Assembly: GCA_965216295.1 (NCBI GenBank)
Contig: OZ244141.1
Span: 429,772 to 493,771 of the forward strand
Length of the DNA stretch: 64,000 bases
From: Minisyncoccota bacterium
GTDB taxonomy: Bacteria > Patescibacteriota > Minisyncoccia > Phycocordibacterales > JABAAK01
Direction: 5' to 3'
Numbering within the stretch: position 1 is the stretch's first letter; every line of letters starts with the position of its first letter. The notes beneath the pieces are model-generated. The model had not been told where the DNA came from and did not search any database. It saw only the letters and a program-made list of their open reading frames with translations. This document shows, piece by piece, positions 19,824 to 28,609 of this stretch. A program made the translations under genes and the position numbers.

Positions 19824-20321
19824 TTAGGTAAAACGACCATGACAATAGTCAGCCAATTGAAAAAGCGTTACCATCACAACAACTAAAACAATATAGAGAA
19901 GAAGAGTGGCTGGGATGGTGAGAAGACCAATCGTTATAACAGTAGTATTGTATATCGCCAGTGTGTGCCACCCCGCAGCAATAATTGGTGCACCAAATGT
20001 TACAGAAATCATTTTCCGTGACATACAAATGGCAAGAACCATGGCGATAATGATGAGTATTGCTTTCACCGCATACTCTTGGAGTGCTTCTGGCACTGCA
20101 TCAAAAAGACCAAAGATAACTAAATTCACTGCAATGATAACGCCAAGTATGACATGAATAAAACGAAGTATGGAGTACTGTAACTGTATCAACCTATATG
20201 CCAAGCCACTGCTCGGATACCCATACTTTGCTACTAATATATACGAAACCACCGCCATCGTTGAAACACCAAACGCAAGACCGATGAGAATAGTTTCAAT
20301 GAGGGTGAGTGCGGTAATCAT
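19824..20321 (-). CDS. hypothetical polytopic membrane protein
   Basis: 165 aa with about four hydrophobic helices. Confidence 0.4.
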   Translation of the reverse strand: MITALTLIETILIGLAFGVSTMAVVSYILVAKYGYPSSGLAYRLIQLQYSILRFIHVILGVIIAVNLVIFGLFDAVPEALQEYAVKAILIIIAMVLAICMSRKMISVTFGAPIIAAGWHTLAIYNTTVITIGLLTIPATLLLYIVLVVVMVTLFQLADYCHGRFT

Positions 20322-20326
20322 ATTTA

Positions 20327-20596
20327 CTATTTTCGTTGAATTTGCATCGCTAGTGTACGCATCTCTGATTCATACTTTTTCATAACAGCAACACTGGCAA
20401 GGGTTTCATCCTGCCCTTTTCGTTTTTTCATTGCAATTTCTTGTGCAATACGTTCAAAGAGTGCTGGATTCTTTTCAAACATCTTTCGAAAAAGCGTCCG
20501 CTGCTCTTCAGGCATTTTCTTCAATTGCCTTTCAAGTGCTTTTTTAGTGATGAAGTCACGCAGTCCCATGACTGTAGTATATCGTATGATTTCCAC
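20327..20596 (-). CDS. small hypothetical protein (89 aa, charged and helical)
   Basis: ORF packed tightly (6-nt gaps) between the two flanking genes. Confidence 0.35.
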   Translation of the reverse strand: MEIIRYTTVMGLRDFITKKALERQLKKMPEEQRTLFRKMFEKNPALFERIAQEIAMKKRKGQDETLASVAVMKKYESEMRTLAMQIQRK

Positions 20597-21424
20597 CTAA
20601 AGATCTGCTATGAACGTCATGATGGCTTGTTGCACATTGGGAAAGAAAGCAACATCACTGTGTTTTGCTCCATCAATGAGAACATACTGACTGCCAGAGA
20701 TGCTATCGTGAAGTTTTTTTGAGAAATGTGCTGGGATGGTACGATCAGCGGTACCAGCGATGATAAGGGTGGGGCTTTGTACTGTTTCTAAAATGGCAAT
20801 GTTTGATTTATCCTCTTTGAGTAAAGTGGTGATAGGAAGATACCAGTATATGGAACTTGCAACATCAGCAACTGATGAGAGTGGTGAAATGAGAGTAACG
20901 CCAGAGACGGGATTTCTTGTTTGTACCATAGCAGCATGAGTGGATGCAAAGATGGTGCCCAGACTTCTCCCAACAGAAACAACGTCGGTGTATCCGTTGT
21001 GATCAAGCCATGTGATTGTTTTTGTCACATCCCCCACCATGTGTGATAGTGATGGTGATACTGTTGGATCAAGAAAACTTTCATACTCAACGAATATGAG
21101 TGTGTAATCATCAATGGTCAAGAGAGGTATATACCGAGAACGATGACATACATTCCCTGCATTACCGTGATAGTAGACGATGGCTTTCGTTGGTGATTTT
21201 TCACGAACGAACAGAACAGTGCCTTCCAGATTTATTCTCTTGAAATCATGAAACGCTTCACACTGATGTGCTGAATCTTCTGGTATCGCATCTGGATAAA
21301 AGAGGAGATTGTTTTGATTGAAATAAACGTAAGAGAGGATGATGAGATAACCGAGAAAGAGAAAGACGAATACCTGTGTTAGTTTATTAATACCACCACG
21401 AAAGAATTGTTTGATATTACTCAT
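20597..21424 (-). CDS. alpha/beta-hydrolase fold protein
   Basis: HGNAGN oxyanion-region motif and a GRSLG nucleophile elbow. N-terminal TM segment. Confidence 0.65.
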   Translation of the reverse strand: MSNIKQFFRGGINKLTQVFVFLFLGYLIILSYVYFNQNNLLFYPDAIPEDSAHQCEAFHDFKRINLEGTVLFVREKSPTKAIVYYHGNAGNVCHRSRYIPLLTIDDYTLIFVEYESFLDPTVSPSLSHMVGDVTKTITWLDHNGYTDVVSVGRSLGTIFASTHAAMVQTRNPVSGVTLISPLSSVADVASSIYWYLPITTLLKEDKSNIAILETVQSPTLIIAGTADRTIPAHFSKKLHDSISGSQYVLIDGAKHSDVAFFPNVQQAIMTFIADL

Positions 21425-21441
21425 TACTAGTCATACTTAGT

Positions 21442-21512
21442 CGGACCGCCGAGAATCGAACTCGGGCCACACGCACCCCATGCGTGCACACTACCATTAT
21501 GCTACGGTCCGT
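21442..21512 (-). tRNA. tRNA-Pro (anticodon GGG)
   Basis: Minus-strand cloverleaf folded by hand. Acceptor CGGACCG/CGGTCCG. Anticodon stem CACGC/GCGTG with loop AUGGGGU. T-arm CCGAG-UUCGAUU-CUCGG. CCA not encoded. Confidence 0.75.
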
Positions 21513-21570
21513 GTACTTACAACGTACACTGTACTCCGTATACTTTCCAGAATAATGGAAGATTTGAGAT

Positions 21571-22719
21571 TCAGTTGGCTGATGTTCTTGAGTCAGCCAG
21601 CCGAAAGATCAGATGGCTCAGTATAGTTATGGATTCTACCAACTCATCATTAGAGTACATTGTATTTCTAGAATTTTCTGGATGATGAATCTTATTTCTT
21701 ATATATATTGGCAAAATCACGTTATAAGAGATGCCATTATACTGATATTCTTTTGTTCTGAGTTCAGAATCAGCAAGCAATTCTTTAATATGATTTGACG
21801 CCTCTTCCATACCCACGCCAAGATTATGTTTTGTTCCATCCTCTTTATTCCTTATCAATGGAAAAATTTTAGAGAACAGGATTATATGTAACATTTCATC
21901 CTCAACTCCAAACCCAACATGACCCATCTTTACCTCCGTTCTTCCGTTATCTCCCTTATCAAAAGAATATATTTGCGTAGACTCTTCATCGTTCATGTTT
22001 GACCACAAAAAATATGAGTCATGCGTTGACAGTATCACCTGATGCCCATCAGAATTTGCGATTTTTTTTATTGATTTATTTAATATACGTTTAAGTTCAG
22101 GATGTAAAAAAAGTTCTGGTTCTTCAAAAAGAATTAATGTCTCTCTATCATCTTCAGTACCATCTTCAAGTATAGTGTTTTGAATCCTATCAGCATAAAC
22201 CTGTAACAAAGACACTATTAAGAGTCGTTGATATCCCTGCCCTATGCTGTCTAATGATATGTTTTCTCCTTCACTGTCTATATATCCAGTTTTTATATTT
22301 TTTATAAAAGATTTTAGAATTTCTGACTTGTTGATTTGATCAAATTCAATTTTCAAATCTATATTACCTTCTGTTATTGAATTAAACTTAATAGAAACAT
22401 CTTCAAAAACTCTTGTAATAGAGTCTTTTACTCCATCTTCACGAACTAATCTAATGTTCTCACCAATAATGGAAGAGAGGATTTTCATCAAAGAGGCACT
22501 AGTTGAACTCGTTTTAAACATGTCATCGCTCGGATTTACAACATTCGCTTTTATGAAAACAACCTTTATACTATCTTTATATTTTTTTTCAACTGATTCA
22601 AAAAACTTAGTTTTTCCTGTGTTGTTTTTTCCAACGATAACATTTAAATCTTTAAGATTATCTAATTGAAAACCACCAAAAATTGGAGGATTGCTATCTT
22701 CTATCTCTATGTTTTCCAT
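21571..22719 (-). CDS. ABC/AAA_21-type ATPase (SMC/OLD-like ATPase head), defence-associated family
   Basis: Walker A GKNNTGKT, Q/signature-like SIGQGYQ, Walker B LILFEEPELFLHP and H-loop VILSTHD are present. About 110 aa of unassigned C-terminal sequence follow. The gene is AT-rich. Confidence 0.6.
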   Translation of the reverse strand: MENIEIEDSNPPIFGGFQLDNLKDLNVIVGKNNTGKTKFFESVEKKYKDSIKVVFIKANVVNPSDDMFKTSSTSASLMKILSSIIGENIRLVREDGVKDSITRVFEDVSIKFNSITEGNIDLKIEFDQINKSEILKSFIKNIKTGYIDSEGENISLDSIGQGYQRLLIVSLLQVYADRIQNTILEDGTEDDRETLILFEEPELFLHPELKRILNKSIKKIANSDGHQVILSTHDSYFLWSNMNDEESTQIYSFDKGDNGRTEVKMGHVGFGVEDEMLHIILFSKIFPLIRNKEDGTKHNLGVGMEEASNHIKELLADSELRTKEYQYNGISYNVILPIYIRNKIHHPENSRNTMYSNDELVESITILSHLIFRLADSRTSAN

Positions 22720-22968
22720 ATCTTCAATATAACTTTGATCTTTTTTTTAGCAAACATTGTTTCACATTAAAATAAACATATATGAACACAATTCTAGATA
22801 AACTATCTTTAATTGCTTGTCTCATTAGGCAATTATTTACTTAATTCATGTTAGTTGTTAGGAAAATTAATCGTTATAACTTAGAGTAAAGTATTATTGA
22901 AATCTAAATTTCTCTCTATCTATATTTTCACAGCAACATGCAGCTTTACAATAAAATAGATAATTCTT

Positions 22969-24621
22969 TTATTTTTCTTCCTTAGACAGCAAAGCCTTCA
23001 ACCTACCATTTACATTATCAAATACACTTGTTAATCTATTCTTTGCCTCTTCTGTCAAAAGTGCCGTGTGCATAAGTGCATTACGAATCGGTCTATATTC
23101 TTTTGAATCAATTGGTAAATTATTAGTATCTCCAGCTCTATCTGCTATTTTAGCCAGTGCCGTCATATCTAGATATCCCAGATCTGTTTCATTTTTTCTT
23201 AATTCAATATTAATATTACCGTCTTTTTTATTTTTATATTCCACTTTTTTCAATCTATCAATCTCTATCTTATATTCTTTCTTTATGGTTAATTTATTTT
23301 TCTCAACATATTCTCTAAGTAAGTTTTCTAAAATATAACACTTTGAATATGAAGGAAAATTAAACTTTGATTCTTCTCTGAGATTTTCAAGAAAATCTTT
23401 ATACTCCTCATTTGTTGGTTTGTATTTGTATACATTTTGTATAGCATTAAATAATTCAATAGATTTGCGGTGCTCACCTGTCATTCTCTCATTCTCACTA
23501 TCACCATCTTCTCCAACCTCCTCTCTCCACTCATCCCATTCTTTTAAGATTTTAGGAAGTACTTTCTTTTTAAAGTCCTCAGAGAAAGAATCTATATCTT
23601 GAATATCTTTTTTTATATGCTCTCTTCCTGTTCCAAAAGGATCTTCATTGCCTGAATCAATATGGTCAATGTGTATTTGACCATACAAATAACTTTCTAC
23701 TACTCGGGTAGATGTAATTTTACTTAAAAAATTCTTCTCCCGCAACCTACCATTAACAAAAAGATCAACACCAACACGCTCTTCTAAGTTCAAAGCCTTC
23801 AAATATCTTGGCTTTCTTACAGAAGCTATAAATCCCTTAATTCTATCGTCGACAAAAGTTATTTCCCCTCCTTTTTTAATCTCTGTAAATTCAGATAACA
23901 ATCTGTCTTGAAATTTTACAGTCTTCCACACAAACTGTGTATTACTTGTCAAATCTTTAAGATCTTCATAAGATATAATTTTATCATTAACATGTATTTT
24001 AAAATCTCTATCTATCAGTGAAAATCTGAAATATAAAGCAAGTATTTTTCTCAACTGAGATTCCGATGAAAGTCTCGTTCTAAAATTTTTGAAAAAAAAT
24101 ATTGTTCCTTTCTTGTGGTTTTTGATGTATTGATCAAGAGACTTTAAATCAACAGAAGACAGGTTGTATGTTCCATCCCTATCGTATTTATCTTCCCTTG
24201 CTATTTCGTCATCAAGAGCTTTGTTATTTATTACACCTCCAGTGTACTCTGTGAATTCAGTCTTTGATGCAATACTAATTTCCTCTGATACACTCAATAA
24301 GGCTAACTTTCCTATTCCCTTTCTACCTATATACGGGCGTTTCTTTTTAGGTGAATGCGTTACATAGTTGTTATCACTTATTCTTTTTGTATAACCAACT
24401 TTTAGGAATTTGTGTTGAAAATCTTCTTCTGTCATTCCATGTCCATCATCTTTAATAACAAGAGTTTGTCCCTCTTTATCATAATAGATATAAACATTGT
24501 CTGCATCAGCATCCCACGCATTTGATACCGCTTCTCCTATAATTGTAGAAAAATCCCTATACAGACCTCTACCCAAAAGATTAAGTACATTCAGAGCAAT
24601 TTTGAAAAAAAAATTATGCAT
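22969..24621 (-). CDS. GHKL (HATPase_c_3 / MORC-like) ATPase with C-terminal HEPN-like motif
   Basis: N-terminal Bergerat-fold motifs GEAVSNAWDA (N-box) and DDGHGMT/GRKGIGKL (G-boxes). C-terminal EYRPIRNALMHTALL fits HEPN Rx4-6H (RNxxxH). The start ATG overlaps the dcm stop (ATGCATAA). Confidence 0.6.
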   Translation of the reverse strand: MHNFFFKIALNVLNLLGRGLYRDFSTIIGEAVSNAWDADADNVYIYYDKEGQTLVIKDDGHGMTEEDFQHKFLKVGYTKRISDNNYVTHSPKKKRPYIGRKGIGKLALLSVSEEISIASKTEFTEYTGGVINNKALDDEIAREDKYDRDGTYNLSSVDLKSLDQYIKNHKKGTIFFFKNFRTRLSSESQLRKILALYFRFSLIDRDFKIHVNDKIISYEDLKDLTSNTQFVWKTVKFQDRLLSEFTEIKKGGEITFVDDRIKGFIASVRKPRYLKALNLEERVGVDLFVNGRLREKNFLSKITSTRVVESYLYGQIHIDHIDSGNEDPFGTGREHIKKDIQDIDSFSEDFKKKVLPKILKEWDEWREEVGEDGDSENERMTGEHRKSIELFNAIQNVYKYKPTNEEYKDFLENLREESKFNFPSYSKCYILENLLREYVEKNKLTIKKEYKIEIDRLKKVEYKNKKDGNINIELRKNETDLGYLDMTALAKIADRAGDTNNLPIDSKEYRPIRNALMHTALLTEEAKNRLTSVFDNVNGRLKALLSKEEK

Positions 24622-25663
24622 ATGATACCCTAAATGTTTTAATTATTGCTTTACCAACAATCCTACCAAGTTCAACAGGAACCGCATTACCTATATGAAT
24701 ACCAATTTGAGTTTTTGATATGTTATTTATATCTTTGAAGAATCTATATTTTTTAGGAAATGTTTGTAATATTGCCCCTTCTCTAAGAGTAAGTGCCCGA
24801 TTCTGAACGGGATGTCCAAATCTGCCTGTTCCGTATCGATTAAACTGAGTTGTTATGGTTGGGCTTGGTTTATCCCAAGCCATCCTTCCGTATACAGAAC
24901 TGTATGTTGAACCACTATTCTTTTTATGACAATTAACCCTCAATTTCTTTGGCCAATCCCTCCAAGTACCTCCTGGTTTTGAGTATTTTATTCTTTCAAT
25001 ATTTATGAGAGTTAGACTTGGTGCAACATGTAAAGGATCTTTTTTATTTACTCTGCCTGGCAACACTCTTGGTAAGTCAGCAATAACATCTCTTACTGAC
25101 TTTTTTTTGTTATTGGCTTCTGGGATATCAATTTCTCCGATGCGCGAAGCTAATAAAACAAGCCTTCTTCTCTTCTGTGGCATTCCATATTTTGAACAAT
25201 TGATGATTTTGTATTTAACATCATATCCCAATTTTAATAAACTGTTCTTAAAATTTGAAAAAACTTTCTGTTTCTCCAAAAGAGGGACGTTTTCCATCGA
25301 GACTATATCAGGTTTTAGTTCTGATACAAGTCGACTAAACTCTTTTAGCAAACTCCATCTAATATCTTCCTTTAAATTTTTATTTTTTCTAATCTTGATA
25401 CTGTGTGTTGAAAAAGTTTGGCAAGGAGCACACCCAACTAATATTTTCACATCTGCACCTCTATAATATTTTTCAAGATCTTTACCTTTTATATTTTTGA
25501 TATCACTCTCTATAAACTTAGAATCATTATTATCTTCGTATGCAAATTTACATGTCACATCATTATCAATCCCAGCACGAACATCTATTCCAGCTTTAAT
25601 AAGTCCGTGGGTTAAGCCACCAATACCACAAAACAAATCAATTGCAACAAACTTCTTATCCAT
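24614..25663 (-). CDS. dcm: DNA (cytosine-5)-methyltransferase
   Basis: Motif I FCGIGG, motif IV GCAPCQTFS (catalytic PCQ) and motif VI ENV are present. 349 aa. Confidence 0.85.
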   Translation of the reverse strand: MDKKFVAIDLFCGIGGLTHGLIKAGIDVRAGIDNDVTCKFAYEDNNDSKFIESDIKNIKGKDLEKYYRGADVKILVGCAPCQTFSTHSIKIRKNKNLKEDIRWSLLKEFSRLVSELKPDIVSMENVPLLEKQKVFSNFKNSLLKLGYDVKYKIINCSKYGMPQKRRRLVLLASRIGEIDIPEANNKKKSVRDVIADLPRVLPGRVNKKDPLHVAPSLTLINIERIKYSKPGGTWRDWPKKLRVNCHKKNSGSTYSSVYGRMAWDKPSPTITTQFNRYGTGRFGHPVQNRALTLREGAILQTFPKKYRFFKDINNISKTQIGIHIGNAVPVELGRIVGKAIIKTFRVSYA

Positions 25664-25741
25664 AAATGCATTATAACGCTAGAAACATAACACCTCCGCA
25701 ATAGCGCTGACAGACCATAATGTAGTATAATCATTCAGAAA

Positions 25742-25815
25742 GGGCCCGTAGCTCAGTTGGCTAGAGCACCGGTTTTGCACTCCGGAGGTCGCAGGTTCGA
25801 ACCCTGTCGGGTCCA
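25742..25815 (+). tRNA. tRNA-Ala (anticodon TGC)
   Basis: Cloverleaf folded by hand. Acceptor GGGCCCG with the G3:U70 Ala identity pair. Anticodon loop UUUGCAC. T-loop TTCGAAC. No CCA encoded. Confidence 0.85.
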
Positions 25816-25816
25816 C

Positions 25817-26332
25817 ATGAAGGAAAACATCTTTTTGATAGGAATGAGTGGAGTTGGAAAAAGTTACTATGGAAGGAGAATTGCAAAGGAACTTGGCTTC
25901 TTTTTTATAGACACCGACGATTTGTTAGAGAATCAGTACGGTAATAAAGACAAGTTACTTGATACAGGAGAAGAAAATTTCATGAAAGCTGAAGAAAAAA
26001 TACTCCTCTCCATCCCCCAATCTTTAGAGAAAACAATAGTAGCTTCTGGCGGTAGTTGTATCTATACAAACAAAGGTATGGAACATATAAAAAGGTTTAC
26101 AAACATTGTCTATCTCATGAATTCTATAGAGAACATAGCGGGCAATGTTGAATTAAAAAATCGTGGAGTCGTGGGATTAAGTAGATTAAGCCCAAGAGCA
26201 CTCTTAGAAGAAAGAGCAAATCTCTATGAAAAGTATTCTGATTTTCAGATAGACTTACGGGCATTACAACGCAATCAGAAAAAAGAAGAATCACTAATAC
26301 ATCAACACATCGTAAAAATAGTATCGGTATAG
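25817..26332 (+). CDS. aroK: shikimate kinase-like P-loop kinase
   Basis: IFLIGMSGVGKSYYGRRIAKELGFFFIDTDDLLE shows Walker A plus the D(T/S)D motif of shikimate kinases. The first 20 codons of the track ORF (25757) are read-through of the tRNA-Ala gene and are discarded. Confidence 0.55.
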   Translation: MKENIFLIGMSGVGKSYYGRRIAKELGFFFIDTDDLLENQYGNKDKLLDTGEENFMKAEEKILLSIPQSLEKTIVASGGSCIYTNKGMEHIKRFTNIVYLMNSIENIAGNVELKNRGVVGLSRLSPRALLEERANLYEKYSDFQIDLRALQRNQKKEESLIHQHIVKIVSV

Positions 26333-26951
26333 GGAGAGCTCATACAAGAATCAATAACAAGAAAAACCCTCGTACCATGAGGTAGCGAGGGATAAAGTGT
26401 GCTGAGTCAAGGTGGTGTTGAAAACCCTTGCTACATTAAAACGAAACTAAGATTTACATTACAGGATTAGACCAATTCCTACCAACTATGAAAATAAGAA
26501 CATGGTTTACCCGCAAAAACTCAATAAAGTAATAACGTATCCCCCAGCACGAGAGTAATTGTAGCATGAAATATAATATAAAAAAGTAAAAACCCTCGTA
26601 CCACGAGGTAACGAGGGGAAATGTGCTGAGTCAAAGTAAAATCAAGCTCGCTTTATTGAGTTTATGGAACTCGTTTTAAACTTGATTAAGACTTAATGTC
26701 CCAGCACCGAAAAATTATAACATGAGTAGTATAAAAAAGCAAATACCCTCGTACCATGAGGTAACGAGGGATAAGGTGGTGTGCTGGGCCGAAAGCGGAA
26801 ATCATCAAAAATCTCCACTACACTAATAACAAACAAGAAAATAGAATGTAGTATATGTAACCTCTCAGCGCTGTCAAATCATTTGTATAAACCACAATAG
26901 AAAACCACGATAGCATATAATTGATTTAAATAAGACCACTTACACTCCTTC

Positions 26952-27049
26952 GATTGAAAGAATCAATTGTGCCCAACACTCCAAAACGACTATAGCACAA
27001 ATAGTATAAAAAAGCAAATACCCTCGTACCATGAGGTAACGAGGGATAA
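26952..27049. repeat. ~98-bp direct repeat copy A (about 95% identical to 27192-27288)
   Basis: gattgaaagaatcaattgtgcccaacactcca...ccctcgtacca(t/c)gaggtaacgagggataa occurs twice, 240 bp apart. Confidence 0.8.
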
Positions 27050-27191
27050 AGTGGAGTGTTGGGTCAAAGTGAGATTAAAACCTCACTACATTAAAACAAA
27101 ATTAAGCAAATCGAAGTGCGAAATTTAGAGTTCTCTTATAGAAAACCGTAACGGTAAACTACAATAAGATAAGCAGACTCTACATCAATCT

Positions 27192-27288
27192 GATTGAAAG
27201 AATCAATTGTGCCCAACACTCCAATACAACTATAGCACAAATAGTATAAAAAGCAAATACCCTCGTACCACGAGGTAACGAGGGATAA
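27192..27288. repeat. ~98-bp direct repeat copy B
   Basis: Same sequence as 26952-27049 with three substitutions and a 1-nt deletion. Its 3' outer-stem partner is not conserved. Confidence 0.8.
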
Positions 27289-28145
27289 GTGTGCCAGAAC
27301 GTGAGCCCGTCCATTAACTCAACGCATTAAAAACAAAGGTGAACGTTAGTTTTCTGAAACTTATACATTCATTGAATCCTCGAATGATAAGCAACATTTG
27401 GGGTTTGATTCCCTTACCAACACTACCAAGAATCAATGCTTCTGGCACGACGGTGAGTATAGCATATACAACAGGTGTGTGCAAAAGCAAAAAAGAAATA
27501 TCATATCATGGATCAAGAAAGATAATAGAGAGTTGTATAGAAAACCCCCCCCCTGTCGTCAAAAAAAGGGGGGGTGCACTAAGCAAAGTGGATTGTTAAA
27601 CCCATTACATCAAATCAAGGTCAAATCATATAACCAAAGAAACAAGACCTGGTTCCGAGTTGTCAGTAGTTTAAACCTGTATCTTTTTTATTCTAAAATC
27701 TATAACCTTTCCAAGAATCAATGTGCTCAGTACGATAGTTATTGTAGCACAGGAAAAAACAATGTGAAGAATTGTATAAAAAAACCCCTCGCTATATGAT
27801 GAGAAACGAGGGGGTACCGAGCAAAATGGACTCCTGGTTAAAGCCCATTAACATTAAATCAAGATCAGATCAGCTAGCTAAAGAAGAAAAATACGGCTTC
27901 CCTGTTGTCAGTGGGTTGTAGTCAGCAGACTACAGTTTGCCTATATTCTCCTGTTACTCTATAACTCTATAATCTTCCCAAGAATCAATGGCGCTCAGTA
28001 CAATGATTATTGTAACATAGGCAAAAAAAATGAACAAGTCACAATTAATAAAAAAGATGGCCACATAAAGTGGGCGTCAGCACTAATTCTATCATTGTTT
28101 TGCTGTGTTAGAATACACGACAGTTATACAAATAAATAAATAGTA

Positions 28146-28601
28146 ATGAAAAATGTAAAAACGATTGTCCTACTCTTTCTTGCCATCGTTATTATCGGCG
28201 TTATTTATGTAGTGACGAAAGAAGATACTAATTACATCGTGCCAGCAACTGAAATAGAAGATGTTGATGTTGCATTAGATTCTGTAGAAAGTGGCTCATA
28301 CATCGCATACACCGATGATGCAGCAAAAGCGGCAGCAACAGAAGGTTCAGCCGTTCTCTTCTTTTATGCATCATGGTGCCCAAGTTGTCGTTTGTTAGAT
28401 AGTAATATTCAATCAAAACTGAAAAACCTACCATCAGAGATTACCATACTCAAGGTTAACTACGACACGCAGGACGATTTGAAAAAGAAGTATAAAATAC
28501 GACGACAGCACACACTCGTTCAGGTTGATGCTTCCCTCAATCAAATTAAGAGCTGGTTTGGGTCTCGTAACATAGCAGACATTGTTGCACAAGTACAGTA
28601 A
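28146..28601 (+). CDS. thioredoxin-fold thiol:disulfide oxidoreductase, membrane-anchored (WCPSC active site)
   Basis: N-terminal TM, then FFYASWCPSCRLLD, a CxxC thioredoxin-like motif. Confidence 0.7.
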   Translation: MKNVKTIVLLFLAIVIIGVIYVVTKEDTNYIVPATEIEDVDVALDSVESGSYIAYTDDAAKAAATEGSAVLFFYASWCPSCRLLDSNIQSKLKNLPSEITILKVNYDTQDDLKKKYKIRRQHTLVQVDASLNQIKSWFGSRNIADIVAQVQ

Positions 28602-28609
28602 ACGAAAAT

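Larger units (their letters stand above)
26340..28110. repeat. tandem array of 7-8 diverged structured modules (inner GC hairpin inside an outer stem)
   Basis: Inner hairpins: 26367-26391 CCCTCGTACCATGAGGTAGCGAGGG, 26593-26618, 26746-26770, 27021-27045, 27260-27284, 27545-27573 (C8...G7), 27785-27813 (CCCCTCG...CGAGGGG). Each is preceded by a tat-agca-c box and an A-rich tract. Outer-stem halves are complementary and differ between copies: cccagcac/gtgctggg (26700/26781), cccaacactcca/tggagtgttggg (26972/27052), tgctcagtac/gtaccgagca (27724/27814). Confidence 0.7.

Noticed and set aside
21548-21577. Hairpin gttggctga...tcagccagc downstream of the ABC ATPase gene, considered as a terminator
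   Set aside because: The 9-bp stem contains a G:U pair and there is no U-tract on either strand. Weak evidence only.
25757-25816. N-terminal 20 codons of the aroK-like ORF (MARAPVLHSGGRRFEPCRVH)
   Set aside because: This is a read-through translation of the tRNA-Ala gene. The start was moved to the Met at 25817.
27339-27799. Track ORFs 27339-27599 and 27398-27799 inside the repeat array
   Set aside because: Low-complexity translations spanning hairpin repeats, with no start context. Most likely non-coding.
26340-28110. Possible CRISPR array suggested by the recurring GC-rich hairpins
   Set aside because: The repeats are not identical and differ in length. Spacing between them is irregular (144-290 bp). 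No cas genes are nearby. The structure is nested stems rather than short direct repeats with unique spacers.
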